From assembly GCA_964035545.1 (NCBI GenBank), contig OZ037765.1, forward strand, positions 15,374,795-15,438,794: a stretch of DNA of 64,000 nt, given 5' to 3'. Below the pieces are notes generated by a model that saw nothing but the letters and a program-made list of their open reading frames with translations, searched no databases and was not told the origin of the DNA. Position numbers and translations under genes: made by a program. Shown in pieces: positions 16,401 through 35,000 of the stretch (position 1 is its first letter; every line of letters begins with the position of its first letter). Source of the stretch: Bugula neritina. Taxonomy: Eukaryota > Animalia > Bryozoa.

Positions 16401-19400
16401 ATACACTGTAATATACTGAATTAAACTGCAACATACTGCAACATACTGAAATAAGCTGTAGCATACTGAAATACATTGCAGCACACTGAAGCGTACTGTA
16501 ATATACCACAACAAACCGAAATTTATGGCATACTGAGATATGTTGCAAACCAGTAAAATCTACTGCAACATACCAAAAAAGACCTCAACTGCGCAAAATA
16601 ATGAAATATACTGCAAAAATACTGAAATATACTGCAACAATTTAAAATTTACTGTATGATACTGAAATATACTGAAACACACTGAAACATGCTGCAAGAT
16701 ACTGCAACATACTGAAATACACTGTAACATACTGAAATACACTGCAACATACTGCAACATACTGCAACATACTGAATTACACTGTAACATATTGAAATAC
16801 GCTGCAACACATCAAAATATACTGCAAGATACCGAAATACATGGTAAACTGCTGAAATGTACTGTAACACATTGAAAAATACTGCAACATACTGAAATAT
16901 ACTGTAACACACTGAAATATACTGCAACATACTGAAATACACTGTAACATACTGAAATATACTGCAACATACTGAAATATACTGTAACATACTGAAATAT
17001 ACTGCAACATACTGAAATACACTGTAACATACTGAAATATACTGCAACATACTGCAACATACTGAAATACACTGTAACATTATGAATTACACTGCAACAC
17101 ATTGAAATATACTGCAACATACCGAAATATATGGTAAACAACTGAAATATACTGAAAAATACTGAAATATACTGTAACATACTGAAAGAAACTGCAACAT
17201 ACTGAAATACACTGTAACATACTGAAATACACTGTAACATACTGAAATACACTGCAACATACTACAACATATTGAAATACACTGCAACACCTTGAAATGT
17301 ACCGCAACATACTGAGATATGCTGTAGCACACTGAAATACGCTGCAACTCACTAAAATATGAAGTAATATAGAGAATTGTACTGTAAAATACTGAAATAT
17401 ACTGTAACATACTGAAATATACTGCAACATACTGCAACATACTGAAATACACTGTAACATACTGAAATACACTGCAACATACTGAAAAACTTTGAAATAC
17501 ACTGGAACATATTGAAATACCTTACAACACATTGAAATATACTGCAACACACTGAAACATACAGTAACATACTGAAGTATACTGCGACACATTGAGATAT
17601 ACTGCAACATAGTTAAATATAATGCAAGATACTGCAACATACTGAAATACACTGTGACATACTGAAATACACTGCAACATACTGCAACATACTGCAACAT
17701 ACTGAAATACACTGCAACACATTGAAATAAACCGCAACATACCTAAGTATACGGTAATATACTGAAATATAATGTAACACATTGAAAAACATTGCAACAT
17801 ACTGAAACATGCTGTAGCACACTGAAATACACTGCAACATACTGAAATATAATGCAAGATACTGCAACATATAGAAATACACTGTGACATACCGAGACAC
17901 ACTGCAACATACTGCAACATACTGAAAGACACTGTAATATATTGAAATACACTGCAACACATTGAACTATACTGCAACACATTGAAATATACTGCAACAT
18001 ACTGAAACATGTTGTAGCATACTGAAATACACTGCAACACATTGAAGTATACTATAATATACAGAAATGTACTGTAACATACTGAAACATACGTCAACAT
18101 ACTGAAATGTACTGCAACATGCTGAACTATACTGCAACATACTGAAATACACTGTAATATACTGAATTAAACTGCAACATACTGCAACATACTGAAATAC
18201 ACTGTAACATACTGAAATACACTGCAACATACTGCAACATACTGAAATACACTGGAACATATTGAAATACACTACAACACATTAAAATATACTGGAACAC
18301 ACTGAAACATACAGCAACATACTGAAATATACTGCGACACATTGAGATATACTGCGACATACTGAAATATGCTGTAGTATGCTGAAATACACTGCAACAC
18401 ACTGAAGTATACTGTAAAATACAGAAATATACTGTAACATACTGAAACATCTGTCAACATACTGAAATGTACTGCAAAATGCTGAAATATATTGCAACAT
18501 ACTGAAATACACTGTAACATACTCAATTACACTGCAACAAACTGCAACACACTGAAATACGCTTTAACATATTGAAATACGCTCCAACACATTAAAAGAT
18601 ACTGCAACATACTGAAACCTACGGCAACATACTGAAATATACTGCGACGCATTGAAATATACTGCAACATACTGAAATATGCTGTAGAATACTGAAATAC
18701 ACTGCAACACACTGAAGTATACTGTAATATACAGAACTGTACTGTAACATACTGAAACATACGTCAACGTACTGAAATATACTGCAACATGCTGAACGAT
18801 TCTGCAACATACTGAAATACACTGTAATATACTGAATTAAACTGCAACATACTGCAACATACTGAAATAAGCTGTAACATATTGAAATACACTGCGACAC
18901 ATTGTAATATACTGCAACATACTGAATCATACGGCAACATACTGAAATATACTGCAACACATTGAAATATACTGCAACACACTGAAATATGCTGTAGCAG
19001 ACTGAAATACATTGCAGCACACTGAAGCGTACTGATACATACTGAAGCAAACTGAAAAATACTTCAACATACTGAGATGTACTGCAACATACTGAAACAT
19101 ACTGAAACACACTGTAACATACTGAAATACACTGCAACATACTACAACATATTGAAATACACTATAACATACTGAAATATACTGCAACACACTGCAACAT
19201 ACTGAAATACACTGTACCATACTGAAATACACTGCAACATACTACAACATATTGAAATACACTGCAACACATTGAAATATACTGCAACACACTGAAATAT
19301 GGTGTACTATACAGAAATGTACTGTAGAATGCTGAAATATACTGTAACATACTGAAATATACTGCAACATACTGCAACATACTGAAATACACTGTAAAAT

Positions 19401-21599
19401 ACTGAAATACACTGCAACATACTGAAATACTTTGAAATACACTGGAACATATTGAAATACCTTACAACACATTGAAATATACTGCAACACACTGAAACAT
19501 ACAGCAACATACTGAAATATACTGCGACACATTAAGATATACTGCAACATAGTTAAATATAATGCAAGATACTGCAACATACTGAAACACACTGTGACAT
19601 ACTGAAATACACTGCAAATACTGCAACATACTGCAACATACTGAAAGACACTGTAACCTACTGAAATACACTGCAACACACTACAACATACTGAAATACA
19701 CTGTAACATTATGAATTACACTGCAACACATTGAAATATACTGCAACATACCGAAATATATGGTAAACAACTGAAATATACTGCAAAAACACTGAAATAT
19801 ACTGTAACATACTGAAAGAAACTGCAACATACTGAAATACACTGTAACATACTGAAATACACTGCAACATACTACAACATATTGAAACACACTGCAACAC
19901 CTTGAAATGTACCGCAACATACTGAAATATGCTGTAGCACACTGAAATACGCTGCAACTCACTAAAATATAGTGTAATATAGAGAATTGTACTGTAAAAT
20001 ACTGAATTATACTGTAACATACTGAAATATACTGCAACATACTGCAACATACTGAAATACACTGTAACATACTGAAATACACTGCAACATACTGAAAAAC
20101 TTTGAAATACACTGGAACATATTGAAATACCTTACAACACATTGAAATATACTGCAACACACTGAAACATACAGTAACATACTGAAATATACTGCGACAC
20201 ATTGAGATATACTGCAACATAGTTAAATATAATGCAAGATACCGCAACATACTGAAATACACTGTGACATACTGAAATACACTGCAACATACTGCAACAT
20301 ACTGCAACATACTGAAATACACTGCAACACATTGAAATAAACCGCAACATACCTAAGTATACGGTAATATACTGAAATATAATGTAACACATTGAAAAAC
20401 ATTGCAACATACTGAAACATGCTGTAGCACACTGAAATACACTGCAACATACTGAAATATAATGCAAGATACTGCAACATATAGAAATACACTGTGACAT
20501 ACTGAGACACACTGCAACATACTGCAACATACTGCAACATACTGAAAGACACTGTAATATATTGAAATACACTGCAACACATTGAACTATACTGCAACAC
20601 ATTGAAATATACTGCAACATACTGAAACATGCTGTAGCATACTGAAATATACTGCAACACATTGAAGTATACTATAATATACAGAAATGTACTGTAACAT
20701 ACTGAAACATACGTCAACATACTGAAATGTACTGCAACATGCTGAACTATACTGCAACATACTGAAATACACTGTAATATACTGAATTAAACTGCAACAT
20801 ACTGCAACATACTGAAATAAGCTGTAGCATACTGAAATACATTGCAGCACACTGAAGCGTACTGTAATATACCACAACAAACCGAAATTTATGGCATACT
20901 GAGATATGTTGCAAACCAGTAAAATCTACTGCAACATACCAAAAAAGACCTCAACTGCGCAAAATAATGAAATATACTGCAAAAATACTGAAATATACTG
21001 CAACAATTTAAAATTTACTGTATGATACCGAAATATACTGAAACACACTGAAACATGCTGCAAGATACTGCAACATACTGAAATACACTGTAACATACTG
21101 AAATACACTGCAACATACTGCAACATACTGCAACATACTGAATTACACTGTAACATATTGAAATACACTGCAATACATTGAAATCTACTGCAACACACTG
21201 AAACATACTGCAACATACTAAAATATACTGCAACATATCGAAGTATATTGTAATATACGAACATGTACTGTAACATACTGAAACATACTGAAACATACTG
21301 AAATATACTTCAACATTCTGAAATGTACTGCAACATACTGCAACATACCGAGATACACTGTAACATTCTCAAATACACTTCAACACATTGAAACAAACTG
21401 CAACATACCTAAATATACGGTAATATACTGAAATATACTGTAACACATTGAAAAACACTGCAAGATACTGAAATATGCTGTAGCACAATGAAATCCACTG
21501 CAACATACTGAAACACACTGAAAAATAGTGAAATACACTGCAACATACTGCAACATACTGAAATACACTGTAACCTAATGAAATACACAGCAACACACT

Positions 21600-24500
21600 A
21601 CAACATACTGAAATACACTGTAACATTATGAATTACACTGCAACACATTGAAATATACTGCAACATACCGAAATATATAGTAAACAACTGAAATATACTG
21701 CAAAAATACTGAAATATACTGTAACATACTGAAAGAAACTGCAACATACCGAAATATACTGTAACACATTGAAAAAAACTGCAACATACTGAAATATACT
21801 GTAACGCACTGAAATATACTTGAAAGAAGTGAAATACACTGTAACATATTGAAATACACTGTAACATACTGAAATATACTGCAGCACACTGCAACATACT
21901 GAAATACACTGTAACATACTGAAATACACTGCAACATACTACAACATATTGAAATACACTGCAACACATTGAAATATACTGCAACACACTGAAACATACG
22001 GCAACATATTGAAATATACTGCAACACATTGAAATATACCGCAACATACTGAACTATGCTGTAGCACACTGAAATACACTGCAACTCACTGAAATATGGT
22101 GTAATATACAGAAATGTACTGCAACATACTGAAATACTTTGAAATACACTCGAACATATTGAAATACCTTACAACACATTGAAATATAATGCAACACACT
22201 GAAACATACAGCAACATACTGAAATATACTGCGACACATTAAGATATACTGCAACATAGTTAAATATAATGCAAGATACTGCAACATACTGAAATACACT
22301 GTGACATACTGAAATACACTGCAACATACTGCAACATACTGCAACATACTGAAAGACACTGTAACCTACTGAAATACACTGCAACACACTACAACATACT
22401 GAAATACACTGTAACATTATGAATTACACTGCAACACATTGAAATATACTGCAACATACCGAAATATATGGTAAACAACTGATATATACTGCAAAAATAC
22501 TGAAATATACTGTAACATACTGAAAGAAACTGCAACATACTGAAATACACTGTAACATACTGAAATACACTGTAACATACTGAAATACACTGCAACATAC
22601 TACAACATATTGAAATACACTGCAACACCTTGAAATGTACCGCAACCTACTGAAATATGCTGTAGCACACTGAAATACGCTGCAACTCACTAAAATATAA
22701 AGTAATATAGAGAAATGTACTGTAAAATACTGAAATATACTGTAACATACTGAAATATACTGCAACATACTGCAACATACTGAAATACACTGTAACATAC
22801 GGAAATACACTGCAACATACTGAAAAACTTTGAAATACACTGGAACATATTGAAATACCTTACAACACATTGAAATATACTGCAACACACTGAAACATAC
22901 AGTAACATACTGAAATATACTGCGACGCATTGAGATATACTGCAACATAGTTAAATATAATGCAAGATACTGCAACATACTGAAATACACTGTGACATAC
23001 TGAAATACACTGCAACATACTGCAACATACTGTAACATACTGAAATACACTGCAACACATTGAAATAAACCGCAACATACCTAAGTATACGGTAATATAC
23101 TGAAATATAATGTAACACATTGAAAAACATTGCAACATACTGAAACATGCTGTAGCACACTGAAATACACTGCAACATACTGAAATATAATGCAAGATAC
23201 TGCAACATGTAGAAATGCACTGTGACATACTGAGACACACTGCAACATACTGCAACATACTGCAACATACTGAAAGACACTGTAATATATTGAAATACAC
23301 TGCAACACATTGAACTATACTGCAACACATTGAAATATACTGCAACCTACTGAAACATGCTGTAGCATACTGAAATACACTGCAACACATTGAAGTATAC
23401 TATAATATACAGAAATGTACTGTAACATACTGAAACATACGTCAACATACTGAAATGTACTGCAACATGCTGAACTATACTGCAACATACTGAAATACAC
23501 TGTAATATACTGAATTAAACTGCAACATACTGAAATAAGCTGTAGCATACTGAAATACATTGCAGCACACTGAAGCGTACTGTAATATACCACAACAAAC
23601 CGAAATTTATGGCATACTGAGATATGTTGCAAACTAGTAAAATCTACTGCAACATACCAAAAAAGACCTCAACTGTGCAAAATAATGAAATATACTGCAA
23701 AAATACTGAAATATACTGCAACAATTTAAAATTTACTGTATGATACAGAAATATACTGAAACACACTGAAACATGCTGCAAGATACTGCAACATACTGAA
23801 ATACACTGTAACATACTGAAATACACTGCAACATACTGCAAAATACTGCAACATACTGAATTACACTGTAACATATTGAAATACACTGCAATACATTGAA
23901 ATCTACTGCAACACACTGAAACATACTGCAACATACTAAAATATACTGCAACATATCGAACTATATTGTAATATACGAACATGTACTGTAACATACTGAA
24001 ACATACTGAAACATGCTGAAATATACTTCAACATTCTGAAATGTACTGCAACATACTGCAACATACCGAAATACACTGTAACATTCCCAAATACACTTCA
24101 ACACATTGAAACAAACTGCAACATACCTAAATATACGGTAATATACTGAAATATACTGTAACACATTGAAAAACACTGCAAGATACTGAAATATGCTGTA
24201 GCACAATGAAATCCACTACAACATACTGAAATACACTGTAACATTATGAATTACACTGCAACACATTGAAATATACTGCAACATACCGAAATATATAGTA
24301 AACAACTGAAATATACTGCAAAAATACTGAAATATACTGTAACATACTGAAAGAAACTGCAACATACTGAAATATACTGTAACACATTGAAAAAAACTGC
24401 AACATACTGAAATATACTGTAACGCACTGAAATATACTTGAAAGAAGTGAAATACACTGTAACATATTGAAATACACTGTAACATACTGAAATATACTGC

Positions 24501-27500
24501 AGCACACTGCAACATACTGAAATATACTGTAACATACTGAAATACACTGCAACATACTACAACATATTGAAATACACTGCAACACATTGAAATATACTGC
24601 AACACACTGAAACATACGGCAACATATTGAAATATACTGCAACACATTGAAATATACTGCAACATACTGAACTATGCTGTAGCACACTGAAATACACTGC
24701 AACTCACTGAAATATGGTGTAATATACAGAAATGTACTGCAACATACTGAAATACTTTGAAATACACTCGAACATATTGAAATACCTTACAACACATTGA
24801 AATATACTGCAACACACTGAAACATACAGCAACATACTGAAATATACTGCGACACATTAAGATGTACTGCAACATAGTTAAATATAATGCAAGATACTGC
24901 AACATACTGAAATACACTGTGACATAATGAAATACACTGCAACATACTGCAACATACTGCAACATACTGAAAGACACTGTAACCTACTGAAATACACTGC
25001 AACACACTACAACATACTGAAATACACTGTAACATTATGAATTACACTGCAACACATTGAAATATACTGCAACATACCGAAATATATGGTAAACAACTGA
25101 TATATACTGCAAAAATACTGAAATATACTGTAACATACTGAAAGAAACTGCAACATACTGAAATACACTGTAACATACTGAAATACACTGTAACATACTG
25201 AAATACACTGCAACATACTACAACATATTGAAATACACTGCAACACCTTGAAATGTACCGCAACCTACTGAAATATGCTGTAGCACACTGAAATACGCTG
25301 CAACTCACTAAAATATAAAGTAATATAGAGAAATGTACTGTAAAATACTGAAATATACTGTAACATACTGAAATATACTGCAACATACTGCAACATACTG
25401 AAATACACTGTAACATACTGAAATACACTGCAACATACTGAAAAACTTTGAAATACACTGGAACATATTGAAATACCTTACAACACATTGAAATATACTG
25501 CAACACACTGAAACATACAGTAACATACTGAAATATACTGCGACACATTGAGATATACTGCAACATAGTTAAATATAATGCAAGATACTGCAACATACTG
25601 AAATACACTGTGACATACTGAAATACACTGCAACATACTGCAACATACTGTAACATACTGAAATACACTGCAACACATTGAAATAAACCGCAACATACCT
25701 AAGTATACGGTAATATACTGAAATATAATGTAACACATTGAAAAACATTGCAACATACTGAAACATGCTGTAGCACACTGAAATACACTGCAACATACTG
25801 AAATATAATGCAAGATACTGCAACATGTAGAAATGCACTGTGACATACTGAGACACACTGCAACATACTGCAACATACTGCAACATACTGAAAGACACTG
25901 TAATATATTGAAATACACTGCAACACATTGAACTATACTGCAACACATTGAAATATACTGCAACCTACTGAAACATGCTGTAGCATACTGAAATACACTG
26001 CAACACATTGAAGTATACTATAATATACAGAAATGTACTGTAACATACTGAAACATACGTCAACATACTGAAATGTACTGCAACATGCTGAACTATACTG
26101 CAACATACTGAAATACACTGTAATATACTGAATTAAACTGCAACATACTGAAATAAGCTGTAGCATACTGAAATACATTGCAGCACACTGAAGCGTACTG
26201 TAATATACCACAACAAACCGAAAATTATGGCATACTGAGATATGTTGCAAACTAGTAAAATCTACTGCAACATACCAAAGAAGACCTCAACTGTGCAAAA
26301 TAATGAAATATACTGCAAAAATACTGAAATATACTGCAACAATTTAAAATTTACTGTATGATACTGAAATATACTGAAACACACTGAAACATGCTGCAAG
26401 ATACTGCAACATACTGAAATACACTGTAACATACTGAAATACACTGCAACATACTGCAAAATACTGCAACATACTGAATTACACTGTAACATATTGAAAT
26501 ACACTGCAATACATTGAAATCTACTGCAACACACTGAAACATACTGCAACATACTAAAATATACTGCAACATATCGAACTATATTGTAATATACGAACAT
26601 GTACTGTAACATACTGAAACATACTGAAACATGCTGAAATTTACTTCAACATTCTGAAATGTACTGCAACATACTGCAACATACCGAAATACACTGTAAC
26701 ATTCCCAAATAGACTTCAACACATTGAAACAAACTGCAACATACCTAAATATACGGTAATATACTGAAATATACTGTAACACATTGAAAAACACTGCAAG
26801 ATACTGAAATATGCTGTAGCACAATGAAATGCACTACAACATACTGAAATACACTGTAACATTATGAATTACACTGCAACACATTGAAATATACTGCAAC
26901 ATACCGAAATATATAGTAAACAACTGAAATATACTGCAAAAATACTGAAATATACTGTAACATACTGAAAGAAACTGCAACATACTGAAATATACTGTAA
27001 CACATTGAAAAAAACTGCAACATACTGAAATATACTGTAACGCACTGAAATATACTTGAAAGAACTGAAATACACTGCAACATACTGAAATACACTGTGA
27101 CATAATGAAATACACTGCAACATACTGCAACATACTGCAACATACTGAAAGACACTGTAACCTACTGAAATACACTGCAACACACTACAACATACTGAAA
27201 TACACTGTAACATTATGAATTACACTGCAACACATTGAAATATACTGCAACATACCGAAATATATGGTAAACAACTGATATATACTGCAAAAATACTGAA
27301 ATATACTGTAACATACTGAAAGAAACTGCAACATACTGAAATACACTGTAACATACTGAAATACACTGTAACATACTGAAATACACTGCAACATACTACA
27401 ACATATTGAAATACACTGCAACACCTTGAAATGTACCGCAACCTACTGAAATATGCTGTAGCACACTGAAATACGCTGCAACTCACTAAAATATAAAGTA

Positions 27501-29040
27501 ATATAGAGAAATGTACTGTAAAATACTGAAATATACTGTAACATACTGAAATATACTGCAACATACTGCAACATACTGAAATACACTGTAACATACTGAA
27601 ATACACTGCAACATACTGAAAAACTTTGAAATACACTGGAACATATTGAAATACCTTACAACACATTGAAATATACTGCAACACACTGAAACATACAGTA
27701 ACATACTGAAATATACTGCGACACATTGAGATATACTGCAACATAGTTAAATATAATGCAAGATACTGCAACATACTGAAATACACTGTGACATACTGAA
27801 ATACACTGCAACATACTGCAACATACTGTAACATACTGAAATACACTGCAACACATTGAAATAAACCGCAACATACCTAAGTATACGGTAATATACTGAA
27901 ATATAATGTAACACATTGAAAAACATTGCAACATACTGAAACATGCTGTAGCACACTGAAATACACTGCAACATACTGAAATATAATGCAAGATACTGCA
28001 ACATGTAGAAATGCACTGTGACATACTGAGACACACTGCAACATACTGCAACATACTGCAACATACTGAAAGACACTGTAATATATTGAAATACACTGCA
28101 ACACATTGAACTATACTGCAACACATTGAAATATACTGCAACCTACTGAAACATGCTGTAGCATACTGAAATACACTGCAACACATTGAAGTATACTATA
28201 ATATACAGAAATGTACTGTAACATACTGAAACATACGTCAACATACTGAAATGTACTGCAACATGCTGAACTATACTGCAACATACTGAAATACACTGTA
28301 ATATACTGAATTAAACTGCAACATACTGAAATAAGCTGTAGCATACTGAAATACATTGCAGCACACTGAAGCGTACTGTAATATACCACAACAAACCGAA
28401 AATTATGGCATACTGAGATATGTTGCAAACTAGTAAAATCTACTGCAACATACCAAAGAAGACCTCAACTGTGCAAAATAATGAAATATACTGCAAAAAT
28501 ACTGAAATATACTGCAACAATTTAAAATTTACTGTATGATACTGAAATATACTGAAACACACTGAAACATGCTGCAAGATACTGCAACATACTGAAATAC
28601 ACTGTAACATACTGAAATACACTGCAACATACTGCAAAATACTGCAACATACTGAATTACACTGTAACATATTGAAATACACTGCAATACATTGAAATCT
28701 ACTGCAACACACTGAAACATACTGCAACATACTAAAATATACTGCAACATATCGAACTATATTGTAATATACGAACATGTACTGTAACATACTGAAACAT
28801 ACTGAAACATGCTGAAATTTACTTCAACATTCTGAAATGTACTGCAACATACTGCAACATACCGAAATACACTGTAACATTCCCAAATAGACTTCAACAC
28901 ATTGAAACAAACTGCAACATACCTAAATATACGGTAATATACTGAAATATACTGTAACACATTGAAAAACACTGCAAGATACTGAAATATGCTGTAGCAC
29001 AATGAAATGCACTACAACATACTGAAATACACTGTAACAT
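21600..29040. repeat. Tandem higher-order repeat (HOR) units of satellite A (2618 bp, 2618 bp, then a 2178-bp deleted unit)
   Basis: Near-identical translated variant strings recur at 21626/24244/26862 (+2618), 22424/25042 (+2618), 23644/26262 (+2618), 25042/27220 and 26262/28440 (+2178). Boundaries are approximate. Confidence 0.85.
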
Positions 29041-32000
29041 TATGAATTACACTGCAACACATTGAAATATACTGCAACATACCGAAATATATAGTAAACA
29101 ACTGAAATATACTGCAAAAATACTGAAATATACTGTAACATACTGAAAGAAACTGCAACATACTGAAATATACTGTAACACATTGAAAAAAACTGCAACA
29201 TACTGAAATATACTGTAACGCACTGAAATATACTTGAAAGAACTGAAATACACTGTAACATATTGAAATACACTGTAACATACTGAAATATACTGCAGCA
29301 CACTGCAACATACTGAAATACACTGTAACATACTGAAATACACTGCAACATACTACAACATATTGAAATACACTGCAACACACTGAAATACACTGCAACT
29401 CACTGAAATATGGTGTAATATACAGAAATGTACTGTAGAATGCTGAAATATACTGTAACATACTGAAATATACTGCAACATACTGCAACATACTGAAATA
29501 CACTGTAACATACTGAAATACACTGCAACATACTGAAATACTTTGAAATACACTGGAACATATTGAAATACCTTACAACACATTGAAATATACTGCAACA
29601 CACTGAAACATACAGCAACATACTGAAATATACTGCGACACATTAAGATATACTGCAACATAGTTAAATATAATGCAAGATACTGCAACATACTGAAATA
29701 CACTGTGACATACTGAAATACACTGCAACATACTGCAACATACTGCAACATACTGAAAGACACTGTAACCTACTGAAATACACTGCAACACACTACAACA
29801 TACTGAAATACACTGTAACATTATGAATTACACTGCAACACATTGAAATATACTGCAACATACCGAAATATATGGTAAACAACTGATATATACTGCAAAA
29901 ATACTGAAATATACTGTAACATACTGAAAGAAACTGCAACATACTGAAATACACTGTAACATACTGAAATACACTGTAACATACTGAAATACACTGCAAC
30001 ATACTACAACATATTGAAATACACTGCAACACCTTGAAATGTACCGCAACCTACTGAAATATGCTGTAGCACACTGAAATACGCTGCAACTCACTAAAAT
30101 ATAAAGTAATATAGAGAAATGTACTGTAAAATACTGAAATATACTGTAACATACTGAAATATACTGCAACATACTGCAACATACTGAAATACACTGTAAC
30201 ATACGGAAATACACTGCAACATACTGAAAAACTTTGAAATACACTGGAACATATTGAAATACCTTACAACACATTGAAATATACTGCAACACACTGAAAC
30301 ATACAGTAACATACTGAAATATACTGCGACACATTGAGATATACTGCAACATGGTTAAATATAATGCAAGATACTGCAACATACTGAAATACACTGCAAC
30401 ATACTGCAACATACTGTAACATACTGAAATACACTGCAACACATTGAAATAAACCGCAACATACCTAAGTATACGGTAATATACTGAAATATAATGTAAC
30501 ACATTGAAAAACATTGCAACATACTGAAACATGCTGTAGCACACTGAAATACACTGCAACATACTGAAATATAATGCAAGATACTGCAACATGTAGAAAT
30601 GCACTGTGACATACTGAGACACACTGCAACATACTGCAACATACTGCAACATACTGAAAGACACTGTAATATATTGAAATACACTGCAACACATTGAACT
30701 ATACTGCAACACATTGAAATATACTGCAACCTACTGAAACATGCTGTAGCATACTGAAATACACTGCAACACATTGAAGTATACTATAATATACAGAAAT
30801 GTACTGTAACATACTGAAATATACTGCAACATACTGCAACGTACTGAAATACACTGTAACATACTGAAATACACTGCAACATACTGAAATACTTTGAAAT
30901 ACACTGGAACATATTGAAATACCTTACAACACATTGAAATATACTGCAACACACTGAAACATACAGCAACATACTGAAATATACTGCGACACATTAAGAT
31001 ATACTGCAACATAGTTAAATATAATGCAAGATACTGCAACATACTGAAATACACTGTGACATACTGAAATACACTGCAACATACTGCAACATACTGCAAC
31101 ATACTGAAAGACACTGTAACCTACTGAAATACACTGCAACACACTACAACATACTGAAATACACTGTAACATTATGAATTACACTGCAACACATTGAAAT
31201 ATACTGCAACATACCGAAATATATGGTAAACAACTGATATATACTGCAAAAATACTGAAATATACTGTAACATACTGAAAGAAACTGCAACATACTGAAA
31301 TACACTGTAACATACTGAAATACACTGTAACATACTGAAATACACTGCAACATACTACAACATATTGAAATACACTGCAACACCTTGAAATGTACCGCAA
31401 CCTACTGAAATATGCTGTAGCACACTGAAATACGCTGCAACTCACTAAAATATAAAGTAATATAGAGAAATGTACTGTAAAATACTGAAATATACTGTAA
31501 CATACTGAAATATACTGCAACATACTGCAACATACTGCAACATACTGAAATACACTGTAACATACGGAAATACACTGCAACATACTGAAAAACTTTGAAA
31601 TACACTGGAACATATTGAAATACCTTACAACACATTGAAATATACTGCAACACACTGAAACATACAGTAACATACTGAAATATACTGCGACACATTGAGA
31701 TATACTGCAACATGGTTAAATATAATGCAAGATACTGCAACATACTGAAATACACTGCAACATACTGCAACATACTGTAACATACTGAAATACACTGCAA
31801 CACATTGAAATAAACCGCAACATACCTAAGTATACGGTAATATACTGAAATATAATGTAACACATTGAAAAACATTGCAACATACTGAAACATGCTGTAG
31901 CACACTGAAATACACTGCAACATACTGAAATATAATGCAAGATACTGCAACATGTAGAAATGCACTGTGACATACTGAGACACACTGCAACATACTGCAA

Positions 32001-35000
32001 CATACTGCAACATACTGAAAGACACTGTAATATATTGAAATACACTGCAACACATTGAACTATACTGCAACACATTGAAATATACTGCAACCTACTTAAA
32101 CATGCTGTAGCATACTGAAATACACTGCAACACATTGAAGTATACTATAATATACAGAAATGTACTGTAACATACTGAAACATACGTCAACATACTGAAA
32201 TGTACTGCAACATGCTGAACTATACTGCAACATACTGAAATACACTGTAATATACTGAATTAAACTGCAACATACTGAAATAAGCTGTAGCATACTGAAA
32301 TACATTGCAGCACACTGAAGCGTACTGTAATATACCACAACAAACCGAAATTTATGGCATACTGAGATATGCTGCAAACTAGTAAAATCTACTGCAACAT
32401 ACCAAAAAAGACCTCAACTGTGCAAAATAATGAAATATACTGCAAAAATACTGAAATATACTGCAACAATTTAAAATTTACTGTATGATACTGAAATATA
32501 CTGAAACACACTGAAACATGCTGCAAGATACTGCAACATACTGAAATACACTGTAACATACTGAAATACACTGCAACATACTGCAAAATACTGCAACATA
32601 CTGAATTACACTGTAACATATTGAAATACACTGCAATACATTGAAATCTACTGCAACACACTGAAACATACTGCAACATACTAAAATATACTGCAACATA
32701 TCGAACTATATTGTAATATACGAACATGTACTGTAACATACTGAAACATACTGAAACATGCTGAAATATACTTCAACATTCTGAAATGTACTGCAACATA
32801 CTGCAACATACCGAAATACACTGTAACATTCCCAAATACACTTCAACACATTGAAACAAACTGCAACATACCTAAATATACGGTAATATACTGAAATATA
32901 CTGTAACACATTGAAAAACACTGCAAGATACTGAAATATGCTGTAGCACAATGAAATCCACTACAACATACTGAAATACACTGTAACATTATGAATTACA
33001 CTGCAACACATTGAAATATACTGCAACATACCGAAATATATAGTAAACAACTGAAATATACTGCAAAAATACTGAAATATACTGTAACATACTGAAAGAA
33101 ACTGCAACATACTGAAATATACTGTAACACATTGAAAAAAACTGCAACATACTTAAATATACTGTAACGCACTGAAATTTACTTGAAAGAAGTGAAATAC
33201 ACTGTAACATATTGAAATACACTGTAACATACTGAAATATACTGCAGCACACTGCAACATACTGAAATACACTGTAACATACTGAAATACACTGCAACAT
33301 ACTACAACATATTGAAATACACTGCAACACATTGAAATATACTGCAACACACTGAAACATACGGCAACATATTGAAATATACTGCAACACATTGAAATAT
33401 ACCGCAACATACTGAACTATGCTGTAGCACACTGAAATACACTGCAACTCACTGAAATATGGTGTAATATACAGAAATGTACTGCAACATACTGAAATAC
33501 TTTGAAATACACTCGAACATATTGAAATACCTTACAACACATTGAAATATACTGCAACAACCTGAAACATACAGCAACATACTGAAATATACTGCGACAC
33601 ATTAAGATATACTGCAACATAGTTAAATATAATGCAAGATACTGCAACATACTGAAATACACTGTGACATAATGAAATACACTGCAACATACTGCAACAT
33701 ACTGCAACATACTGAAAGACACTGTAACCTACTGAAATACACTGCAACACACTACAACATACTGAAATACACTGTAACATTATGAATTACACTGCAACAC
33801 ATTGAAATATACTGCAACATACCGAAATATATGGTAAACAACTGATATATACTGCAAAAATACTGAAATATACTGTAACATACTGAAAGAAACTGCAACA
33901 TACTGAAATACACTGTAACATACTGAAATACACTGTAACATACTGAAATACACTGCAACATACTACAACATATTGAAATACACTGCAACACCTTGAAATG
34001 TACCGCAACCTACTGAAATATGCTGTAGCACACTGAAATACGCTGCAACTCACTAAAATATAAAGTAATATAGAGAAATGTACTGTAAAATACTGAAATA
34101 TACTGTAACATACTGAAATATACTGCAACATACTGCAACATACTGAAATACACTGTAACATACTGAAATACACTGCAACATACTGAAAAACTTTGAAATA
34201 CACTGGAACATATTGAAATACCTTACAACACATTGAAATATACTGCAACACACTGAAACATACAGTAACATACTGAAATATACTGCGACACATTGAGATA
34301 TACTGCAACATAGTTAAATATAATGCAAGATACTGCAACATACTGAAATACACTGTGACATACTGAAATACACTGCAACATACTGCAACATACTGAAAGA
34401 CACTGTAACCTACTGAAATACACTGCAACACACTACAACATACTGAAATACACTGTAACATTATGAATTACACTGCAACACATTGAAATATACTGCAACA
34501 TACCGAAATATATGGTAAACAACTGAAATATACTGCAAAAACACTGAAATATACTGTAACATACTGAAAGAAACTGCAACATACTGAAATACACTGTAAC
34601 ATACTGAAATACACTGCAACATACTACAACATATTGAAACACACTGCAACACCTTGAAATGTACCGCAACATACTGAAATATGCTGTAGCACACTGAAAT
34701 ACGCTGCAACTCACTAAAATATAGTGTAATATAGAGAATTGTACTGTAAAATACTGAATTATACTGTAACATACTGAAATATACTGCAACATACTGCAAC
34801 ATACTGAAATACACTGTAACATACTGAAATACACTGCAACATACTGAAAAACTTTGAAATACACTGGAACATATTGAAATACCTTACAACACATTGAAAT
34901 ATACTGCAACACACTGAAACATACAGTAACATACTGAAATATACTGCGACACATTGAGATATACTGCAACATAGTTAAATATAATGCAAGATACCGCAAC